Below, piece by piece: positions 21,301 through 27,439 of a stretch of 58,931 nucleotides of DNA. The first letter of the stretch is position 1. Each line of letters begins with the position of its first letter. Location: positions 1-58,931 of IMG/VR virus record IMGVR_UViG_3300042466_000346. One strand, 5' to 3'. The notes below the pieces were generated by a model. That model was not told the origin of the DNA, did no database searches, and worked only from the letters and a program-made list of their open reading frames with translations. The stretch is from a virus (Duplodnaviria > Caudoviricetes). Both the position numbers and the translations under genes were made by a program.

Positions 21301-21547
21301 TTTCTGGAACATTGCTGCTCAAGCAAATGGTCAGCCTCTGTGGACAACCAAGTGGACAGACTTATTAGCAAGTTACCCAATAGATAAGTTGCCTAATATG
21401 AAGGCGATAAGAAACGTAGGTTTGTCTTATCAAAAGAATAAGATTAAGTCTGACTTCACCAGAGTACGATTAATTCAAGACAAGTACAATAGATATAAAT
21501 TTGTGAACAGTTTGCAAATTAATCAAATCAACCAAACTGCCTTATAA
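15302..21547 (+). CDS. Tail stabilisation / muzzle protein (P22 gp10-like) with inserted domains
   Basis: GLNLD, ALNAN, CLNF, GAYSFAIAY, YQRDEVYPFGI, IRHHKFPD, GGDTFI and FISFYSFLP motifs typical of the crAss protein. Confidence 0.82.
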   Translation: MENKVNQNIIGLNLDSINWQVKENQITWALNANVQAHDGDSVTYTNEPSNTECFRFDQGTLSGFIVVGFTNIIEQSKVILFLTHPDGRSRIGQITALGDSCLGVEVTEEDCGCKAGTIVTTATVVTDLPADEVTLQCPDGYFYDAVTNLCKKVQYVPIDESSQTLPVIATCVNGSGCGVFSTHGSFLPNVYTSAYSTLTPSDYYTIKTELPTPTGTNFWNPNGIGVFNVATYLKSIAVQADLNPGGGLCRECHTISTVTPENPSGYIGFAETVCIDQTKEYYMSLAGDEALRVYIDNVLIFDFDPVTPSKILGGAASNLWSRLHFFPITLTAGRHVFRFEYKNTAGIGMFAYEVYDISLAQLLDPNLTQAILTASIARSNGEQISSLPKRGSYFTETENACPDGYILTVDENCVASCSTVITAEREEVTVSSTCCKYEDIIIDNCLDECEQSCYEYVVGLTIDLSIENTALEKDFTYEDCAGNIVRDFILGEPKRFTARKGTLLLEGPYIEILQEVQVEDTTPGVFSKGNCCLNFDPAFPVNAEYRIDDCETKVYYISRNNPPRYFSDLYPYGKDACGKNRTCIRESCEDSKLFPNFCIPEVHATSVDSGGMLAAGAYSFAIAYCDENGDEFVDYTDYTNPIPIFERTITEQTEYVTSKSITVNVKHKTRIFEYFSLVVAETVNTTNTYHLVGVYRVNQVTDQDTVIYTGDYKTTFSTVAPVVRSPRYDTANIIEKQNDILMLADLEEAPRYNFQRFASRLKLLWETVNMPADGQFDYSSPEVAYFFRTYQRDEVYPFGIKFRMSNGKYTDVFHIPGRTTFTVLPQNINFGDTTLLDGSSNLDVFVAQTDCTIPDQLPVWKTYNTASPGTSVDYDEDLASDIEKQYNCAITNGLQGEFAYWESTELYPCYDEIWEQSTDPNAPYYNPEALAGKPIRHHKFPDSAITHIHDHDIASGSTADSGIGVESPSILHPIGVRLDEASLLSLLNQKNPDGTYAYTVYDPIKRKEIPIKDVICGYELVRGNRVGNKSVIAKGLLYDVGEYFDTTNDKKYYYSNYPYNDLRVDPYLMNASRWYDESREIFLTDSAFIDGIGRVGGFRTYDFNGGNNRFTFYSPDTSFQFPKIGTELKLETVEFGRVLGHFVPVAEHPQYRFLQEGAFRDAGRLSAILSANVSGSTEVSATVTGGFANGSRFDVRYDKLLANEQVMLDLIGKLIPFVNFAYQYNSIANYNQYVPINPLATVPHFGSSRRFIELGYYANERIVQVFDDAPLHNRLRETSVYLKVKDFIKNIESQLLDNSRYVTSATTLVDETGATVSDEGHTLNATTEHQRRTTRAYYGSVKRQFPNQYGQVENIKYVSTGYAVDLYRTAGGGVSLEYKYYPAFGGDTFITPFSFKRKHSFFTRNLVNLPAKVDEVPFDYWLFPNMAYPTYYIGTASNVNAISGSEIAVAFAFVAAGVGAGIAGISLGGALAVVGVYALNLGIMEGLNELWSKFTKKTTLDGSSDHRYYQDGHFYTASYGLPIFFVESDVNTHFRHGRDTDKENFYPNVGGGIPDDWLQEATVPIKYDNFYHYNATYSAQNLSPNMPYRLKYPSLECLVNHQNRVIYSDQASKSNLLTDKWLNFRPGNFYDFPKQGGRLIDLNAGESERVYARFENTTKVYNARIVLTSTSPYQLEIGNADMFKQKPVDLAATDLGYIGSQHKAYVRCEYGTFWVDAKRGHVYQITGDGFNEIKSELNYNWFKENLPFQIIKDLPEADVDVPSLGIGITMGWDERFERVFITKLDYRVRPEFRKGNTSEILYINDRLDPNYKYYVLKTGTTVTRVSLFNGTYFENKSWTVAYAPKLKNFISFYSFLPNFYVAQLGHFQTITTTAAGSSLWNHNLHPYLYQTYYGKLYPYIIEYAVNSLPINSILTSVSLIAEIQEYYSKTEYYSLGTANNKNIANFNKAIIYNREQSSGIINLIPEVFGNTRQKLLYPRMGTTGIETLLSRRENKYTFNGFWNIAAQANGQPLWTTKWTDLLASYPIDKLPNMKAIRNVGLSYQKNKIKSDFTRVRLIQDKYNRYKFVNSLQINQINQTAL

Positions 21548-21549
21548 TC

Positions 21550-21933
21550 ATGAAAGACAAAGAAATTTTTACAACTGTTAAACCCGAGGTAATCTTCGGA
21601 CAGTTGTTTCAATCTAGGGATACAATGCACATTGTTCACCTTCAGACACTTAATTATTCCGAGCACAAAGCATTGGACTCCTACTACAGCGGACTCCTAG
21701 AACTAATTGATGATTTAATCGAAGCCTACTTTGGAACGTTAGGTGGGAAACGAATTAACTTTAAGATTCCTGCCTCTGAGTATGTAAACGCTAATCAGCA
21801 CTTAACTCAGATGCTTGACTACCTTAAAAAACACCGTGGTGTTTTTGGAGCAGACAACACGCACATTCAGAATATCTTGGATGAAATCTTAGCTCTAATC
21901 TCCAGTACTATCTACCAATTAACTCTTACATAA
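21550..21933 (+). CDS. Ferritin/Dps-like four-helix protein (DUF5856-like)
   Basis: HIVHLQT...EHKALDSYY...DDLIEAY...NILDEI pattern. Confidence 0.7.
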   Translation: MKDKEIFTTVKPEVIFGQLFQSRDTMHIVHLQTLNYSEHKALDSYYSGLLELIDDLIEAYFGTLGGKRINFKIPASEYVNANQHLTQMLDYLKKHRGVFGADNTHIQNILDEILALISSTIYQLTLT

Positions 21934-21934
21934 A

Positions 21935-23758
21935 ATGAATCGCTTAAAGAAATCTTACTCAACCTGCTTAGAATGTGGTGGCAAAACAAGAATGAAGTCC
22001 GGAGGTAACTGGATTCAATCTGCCATTAAAAAGCCAGGTTCATTTACAGCTCAAGCTAAAGGTGCAGGTATGAGTGTTCCTGCGTTCCGTGATAAAGTAC
22101 TTGCTAACAAAGGAGACTTCTCCTCTACTACTGTAAAGAGAGCTAACCTCGCTAATACTCTTTCTAAGATGCGTAAGGGAGAAATGGGAATGATGACTAG
22201 GTCATCTCCTGTATCTACTAAGACTACCAAGAACTTTGCAATAAAAAGCAATAAAGGCCAGGCAAAGGTAGCACCTAAGATGTCTACTATAAGATCAAAG
22301 GATAGATACGGTGAAGACGGCATGGAGATGGAAATGGGAAGCACCAACCCTACTCAAATTAATTTGATGGACTCTAATACTATGCGTAGGAAAGAGATGC
22401 TAGGTGAGAGAGAGGCACAGTTGCAGGAGAAGAAGAACGGAGTTCCTGAGAATCAGATGGCACCTTTGTCTATGATGCGTGGTGGCAGACTCTATGCTCA
22501 GTTAGGTATGTTGAATGGCAAAGCTATTCAAGGACCTAAGCCAGCACCAGTTGCAGCCGCTCCTGCTAAACCAGCAGTTAAAGCTATGTCTAATGAAGAG
22601 GGCATGGACGAGGTTCCAAGAATCGAAGCAATCGATCCAAAGTTAACTCAAGCTAAAGCTATGTTGAAAGAAGACAACAAAGCTCTTGAAATGGCTAAGG
22701 TGAGAGATTACCAGATGATGCTTAATAAAAAGTACGGTGCAGGATTAGCTACTGACGGTGCATGGGGACCAAAGACACAGGCTGCTTATGAAAAGTACAT
22801 GCTGAAGCCTGCTGCTACTGTTGCTAAGTCTAGTGGTGATATGAGACCATCAAGAGCTGATCTGCCAGGTAACTTCAAGATGAATTTTAACACGCCTGTT
22901 GCTAAAGGTACTATGGGTCCTTCTAGAGCTGACATGCCTGGTAATTTCAGAATGAACTTTAATACTCCTGCAGCCCCAACTGCTACTGCTTCATCTTCTT
23001 ATAAAGGCACTAGTCAACCTTTGTGGCAAACTGCTAAAGAAAGACAAAGTTTTATTCCTGGTAAGGCTGGAGATATGGTAGTTAATCCTAACTATTCTTT
23101 TCTAAATAAACCTGCCAATAAAACTAATGCAACTAAAGCTGGAACTAAATCTACAACTGGTGGCAAAGCTCCTATACAAATCCCAGGCAGTCCTGAAAAA
23201 AAAAAAACAGCCGTGGTAGATAATCGTCAGTTACCTCTGACAGGAGTATTGGTTGATAGGGGTACAAATGAAACTTTTGTTTTTGGTAAGGATAACAACT
23301 TTCAATTCCCTGTCTTGACTGGTCAAAACCGCAACATGTATGCAGATGCTAATACCTTCACTGTTGATCAATTAGAAAAAGATAAATCAGGTAGAGTTAC
23401 TCCTCGAGGTTATTATATATTTGACCAAAACAATGTAACTGCTTCTGATAAAAAGTCTTACAATAATAATATCCGACACCTAGAGCCTATTACTGCTTTT
23501 GGTACTCCGGAACCTCAAGCTACTAATATTGCTGTACATCAGACTTATGATCCTGCTCGTAGAGCACCGTTCTATGATAAGTCGGGGGATCAAAGAGGCA
23601 AGTCTTATGGTTGCGTTAATGGACGTTGTGGTGATGTAGCTACAATGTTTAATCAAGTAGCAGATAGAGATACTGTGATGGTTATCGATTCTCGTAGACC
23701 TGAAGACCAACAGTTCCTTAAACAAGCACAAAAAAGAGTTGCAAAAAAGCAAAAATAA
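21935..23758 (+). CDS. Modular putative cargo protein: basic N-terminal module, peptidoglycan-binding domain, C-terminal L,D-transpeptidase (YkuD-like) domain
   Basis: YQMMLN...DGAWGPKTQAA; VLVDR...FPVLTG...TPRGYY...AVH-x21-SYGCVN. Confidence 0.7.
   Translation: MNRLKKSYSTCLECGGKTRMKSGGNWIQSAIKKPGSFTAQAKGAGMSVPAFRDKVLANKGDFSSTTVKRANLANTLSKMRKGEMGMMTRSSPVSTKTTKNFAIKSNKGQAKVAPKMSTIRSKDRYGEDGMEMEMGSTNPTQINLMDSNTMRRKEMLGEREAQLQEKKNGVPENQMAPLSMMRGGRLYAQLGMLNGKAIQGPKPAPVAAAPAKPAVKAMSNEEGMDEVPRIEAIDPKLTQAKAMLKEDNKALEMAKVRDYQMMLNKKYGAGLATDGAWGPKTQAAYEKYMLKPAATVAKSSGDMRPSRADLPGNFKMNFNTPVAKGTMGPSRADMPGNFRMNFNTPAAPTATASSSYKGTSQPLWQTAKERQSFIPGKAGDMVVNPNYSFLNKPANKTNATKAGTKSTTGGKAPIQIPGSPEKKKTAVVDNRQLPLTGVLVDRGTNETFVFGKDNNFQFPVLTGQNRNMYADANTFTVDQLEKDKSGRVTPRGYYIFDQNNVTASDKKSYNNNIRHLEPITAFGTPEPQATNIAVHQTYDPARRAPFYDKSGDQRGKSYGCVNGRCGDVATMFNQVADRDTVMVIDSRRPEDQQFLKQAQKRVAKKQK
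22841..22975 (+). repeat. 72-bp (24-aa) tandem duplication
   Basis: MRPSRADLPGNFKMNFNTP / MGPSRADMPGNFRMNFNTP with starts at 22841 and 22913. Confidence 0.85.
23196..23207 (+). repeat. A12 homopolymer in CDS
   Basis: GAA AAA AAA AAA ACA, just before the L,D-transpeptidase-like domain. Confidence 0.9.
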
Positions 23759-23761
23759 TTT

Positions 23762-25981
23762 ATGTCAGTAAATAGTTTTCTTGAGAAGTTAAAACAGCGA
23801 GTATCTCCTACACCTGTAGATGAGACAGGGATGTGGTATCAAAATGATGATGTCATTGTTCCGTCTAATAAGATTACTATGAAAGGTCCTAATGGTGAGG
23901 ACGATTACTTTGAAAAGCCTATACTCGGTGTGGGTATGCAGTCAGGTAAGCAAGTAATGATGCAACCTGGTGAGGAGTATGAGTTTCCTGAAGATAAGGA
24001 AGTCTACGAAACTCAAATGCAGTTAGGTGGAAGAATTGATAACGTCTCCCCTAGAGGTGATGTAGATTTTTCTGTAGGCAACAAGAATAAACTTTCAGGT
24101 CAAGTAGTGGGGTCAATCAATGCTCCTTCATTACAGATGAATTCCTTGACTCCGAGATTAGCTTACTCTAATAAAGGATTTAACGCTAACGTATCTCCAG
24201 GTGGTTTTGGTGCCGGCTATGAGGGTGAGAAGGGTTATATAGACTACAATCAATCTACTGCAGGAAAGGATACTTACAGAACAGCTAGTGCTGGTTACAA
24301 CACAGAGAGAGTTAACTTAAATGCCAATGCTACTATGCGTAACAATATGCTAGAGAATGCAGGCATTGAGGGTTCATACCAAGTCACTCCTAACTTATCT
24401 TTATCTGGTAACTACAACATCAACAAAGGTGAGCAAGGAACTGATAAGAATTACTTTGCAGGATTTAGATACACTAAGTCTTTTGAGGATGGCGGTGAGG
24501 TTGAGGATGAAAATGACGATGACAAAGAGATGGTAGATGGGATTGCTAGCATCTTAACAAGAGTTAAAGATAAGAACAACAGAAAGCAAATTGCGAATGA
24601 AATGATACTTGATTTTAAAAAAGAAGGTGTTAAGTATAACCTCAAAGATTTTAAAAAATCTGCTAAAATAATGCAGATGGGGGGAATGTCTATTCCTGGA
24701 GTTAACGGTACTGTAGTTGCTTCTAGTAATACTTCTAGACTAAAGAAAGCATACATGCAACAAGCGGGCTATGTTAAGTACGTACCGCCTAGTCAAAGAC
24801 CTTTAACGTTTCGTAGTGATAACCCAAGTACTTCAGATAATACAAGGGTTAATACGGTTATGTCCAATAAACCTATTACACCTGTAGCAATCCCTAGTAA
24901 GCCTGTAACTAGGTCAAAGTCTAATTCTAGTCTTAATAATAGACTAGCAGCTATGTCTGAAGTAGAGGATAGGATTTATGCAGATAATACTGCTGTGTAT
25001 TCTATTCCCCCTATGAACCTAACAAAGAAGGCAAACTATGATGTTGAGGAAGACTACAGACAATCTGTAGAGTCTGGATTAGCAGGAAGACTATTGAACG
25101 TGCTTCCTACCCCATTGGCTTCCTACATTAGAGGATTAGCAGATGAGGACAATACAACTGCTGATTTTACGGAGAGTCAGAAACAAGCTGCAGCTTACGC
25201 AATAGCTAAAGCAGAAGCAAGAAAATCAAAGGCAGGTGATGAGGGCTACACAGGAAGTTTTGACTATGCAGATTATCCTGCAGGGTATAGAGACGAGCAA
25301 GGGGTTGCACATAACCCTGCACTATCTAACTTATTTAACTTACCTTCTTTGGATGGAAAAACCGGTAAACGTTTAGATAACGTAACTAAGTATTGGGGAT
25401 CAGCAATGATGCAGCCTACACTAGGTAAGGCCAATTTTAAGAAGTATAATGATGAAGAGTACCTAATACATGATAGGTATAACTTTGATTCCTATAATCC
25501 AAATAGTAAGTCTATAGTTGATAGGGCAGAGAAATTTGCAAATGAGTGGGGCGTAGAAACTGAAACTAATTTAAGAGTTCCTGTGAAGTACGTAGAGGAT
25601 GCTAGAAAACAAATAGCTGAGGAAGACGCTCAACCAAAGGTAAAGCAACCTGAGGAACAAGCAAAACCTACAGTTAAACCTACTGTAGAGAAAGCACCTG
25701 CAAACGTATCAAAACCCGTTGTAGAGAAGTCTAAACTTCAACAGAGTTATGAGCAAGCTAAGCCTTCTTTTAAAAAGACTTTAACCATTACTACGACTCA
25801 ACCAAAACAAACAACTCCTGCTAAACAAGCACCTTCACGTAATCAAATAAATAGTGAAGAGAGTAAAGTGCAGAACTACCAAAAGATGTTGAATAGTAAA
25901 TACAATGCAGGTCTAGAAGCTGATGGAGCTTGGGGTCCTAAAACTCAAGCAGCTTACGAAAAATATATACTCAAGAAATGA
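23762..25981 (+). CDS. Modular putative cargo protein with beta-barrel-like module and C-terminal peptidoglycan-binding domain
   Basis: Modules separated by MQLGG, FEDGG, MQMGG and MQQAG; C-terminal YQKMLN...DGAWGPKTQAA. Confidence 0.6.
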   Translation: MSVNSFLEKLKQRVSPTPVDETGMWYQNDDVIVPSNKITMKGPNGEDDYFEKPILGVGMQSGKQVMMQPGEEYEFPEDKEVYETQMQLGGRIDNVSPRGDVDFSVGNKNKLSGQVVGSINAPSLQMNSLTPRLAYSNKGFNANVSPGGFGAGYEGEKGYIDYNQSTAGKDTYRTASAGYNTERVNLNANATMRNNMLENAGIEGSYQVTPNLSLSGNYNINKGEQGTDKNYFAGFRYTKSFEDGGEVEDENDDDKEMVDGIASILTRVKDKNNRKQIANEMILDFKKEGVKYNLKDFKKSAKIMQMGGMSIPGVNGTVVASSNTSRLKKAYMQQAGYVKYVPPSQRPLTFRSDNPSTSDNTRVNTVMSNKPITPVAIPSKPVTRSKSNSSLNNRLAAMSEVEDRIYADNTAVYSIPPMNLTKKANYDVEEDYRQSVESGLAGRLLNVLPTPLASYIRGLADEDNTTADFTESQKQAAAYAIAKAEARKSKAGDEGYTGSFDYADYPAGYRDEQGVAHNPALSNLFNLPSLDGKTGKRLDNVTKYWGSAMMQPTLGKANFKKYNDEEYLIHDRYNFDSYNPNSKSIVDRAEKFANEWGVETETNLRVPVKYVEDARKQIAEEDAQPKVKQPEEQAKPTVKPTVEKAPANVSKPVVEKSKLQQSYEQAKPSFKKTLTITTTQPKQTTPAKQAPSRNQINSEESKVQNYQKMLNSKYNAGLEADGAWGPKTQAAYEKYILKK

Positions 25982-26436
25982 AACAGATGATCAAACGTAA
26001 AGATGGTTCTTATTCCCAGAGAGGTCTTTGGGATAACATCCGTGCTAATAAAGGTAGTGGCAAAAAGCCTACACCTGAAATGCTTAAGCAAGAGAAGAAG
26101 ATTAAATCTATGGGCAGCGGAGGAAGTCTTTACCAGTCTTACATGGCTAAGGGAGGAACTATCCGTCATACTACTAAAGGTCCCGGTGCTAATTACCGCC
26201 CTACTAAATCAGGTGCAGGTATGACAGCTAAGGGTGTGGCAGCTTATAGAAGAGCTAACCCCGGATCTAAATTACAAACCGCAGTTACTGGCAAGGTAAA
26301 GCCTGGCAGTAAAGCAGCTGGTCGTAGAAAATCTTATTGCGCTCGTTCACTAGGACAGTTAAAAAGATCTTCTCAAGCTACTAAAAATGATCCCAACTCA
26401 AGAATACGTCAAGCACGTAGACGTTGGAAATGCTAA
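25978..26436 (+). CDS. Basic phage protein (DUF6321-like C-terminal module)
   Basis: GMTAKGVAAYRRANPGSKL...RRKSYCARS...RRRWKC; family recognised from memory. Confidence 0.6.
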   Translation: MKQMIKRKDGSYSQRGLWDNIRANKGSGKKPTPEMLKQEKKIKSMGSGGSLYQSYMAKGGTIRHTTKGPGANYRPTKSGAGMTAKGVAAYRRANPGSKLQTAVTGKVKPGSKAAGRRKSYCARSLGQLKRSSQATKNDPNSRIRQARRRWKC

Positions 26437-26459
26437 TCACTAAACTAAACTAACTATAA

Positions 26460-26615
26460 ATGGCAACCGCAGCAAAATCAAAATCAAGCTCCATCTCTCT
26501 TAAGTTTAAAGTTAAACCTAAGGTTCGTAGAAAGGGAGTCGTAGCAAAGACAAGGGCTTCTAAACTCAAGTCGAGTAAAAATTATCTAAAGAAAAAAGTT
26601 GGGCAAGGAAAGTAA
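26460..26615 (+). CDS. 51-aa highly basic protein (absent from the ORF track)
   Basis: MATAAKSKSSSISLKFKVKPKVRRKGVVAKTRASKLKSSKNYLKKKVGQGK; A-rich leader; TAATG coupling to the next gene. Confidence 0.75.
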   Translation: MATAAKSKSSSISLKFKVKPKVRRKGVVAKTRASKLKSSKNYLKKKVGQGK

Positions 26616-27334
26616 TGATTGTATACAAAGTTACTAACTCAGTAAATGGCAAGGTATATATTGGGTATACCACTAAAACACTTGATCAAAGGATTAAGGC
26701 TCATTTAAGGAAAGCAAACTGTCTTACTCAGAAACACCATACTCAAGCTTTTAAGTTGGCTTTAAGGAAGTATGGTAAGGAGTGTTTTCTTTGGGAAGAG
26801 TTAGTAACTTGTAGTACAAAAGAAGAAGCTTGTGAAAAAGAAAAACACTTCATAGCAGAGTATAACTGCGTTGTTCCTTTAGGTTATAATATGACTTTGG
26901 GAGGAGAAGGGGGAATATTTTCAGAAGATGTCAAAATTAAGATCTCTAATTCTGTAAAAGATTATCATAAAAACAATCCTGAAATCTGGCTTAATAGTAC
27001 CCTAGCTAATGCTAGTACAGAACAGAGGAGTGAGTGGGGCAAAAAAGCAGCAAATACTAAAATTCAAAATGGGTTTAAGTACAAAACAGGATTCACAAGA
27101 CCACAGGAGTCTAGAGAAAAGATGAGTAAAACTAGACGAAAGAAATACTCCTGTACTTGGTACAATTTTAAAACAAAAACATTAGTGGAAGCATCTTCAA
27201 CAGATATGAGTGAATTTACAGGATTATCCGTAGGCACATTCAATCATTTAAAACATGAAAGACTTCGTATTACTAAGTGTGGTTGGGTTTATGTTCCTGC
27301 TGAGTCTAATTACATTGCACTAAATAGGGGGTAA
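26615..27334 (+). mobile_element. Free-standing GIY-YIG homing endonuclease
   Basis: IVYKVTNSVNGKVYIGYT, R..H, EKHFI, GYNMTLGGEG; NUMOD-like C-terminal segments (ESREKMSK). Confidence 0.88.
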
Positions 27335-27355
27335 GCAATTACCCCTTGCTTTTTT
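27328..27355 (+). terminator. Intrinsic terminator overlapping the endonuclease stop codon
   Basis: GGGGTAA-GCAA-TTACCCC then TTGCTTTTTT. Confidence 0.7.
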
Positions 27356-27375
27356 ATGTTAATCTTGTATATTTG
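27346..27375 (+). promoter_or_regulatory. Bacteroidota sigma-A promoter
   Basis: TTG 27346-48, 19-nt spacer, TATATTTG 27368-75. Confidence 0.8.
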
Positions 27376-27439
27376 TATAATAAGTATAACTTATTGAGTT
27401 ATTAATATTTAATATTATAACTTCTAAAATTAAAAACTA

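Noticed and set aside
27386-27417. AT-rich palindromes (ATAACT/AGTTAT; TAATATT-T-AATATTA) downstream of a promoter
   Set aside because: Expected by chance in very AT-rich sequence and not repeated at the other promoters.
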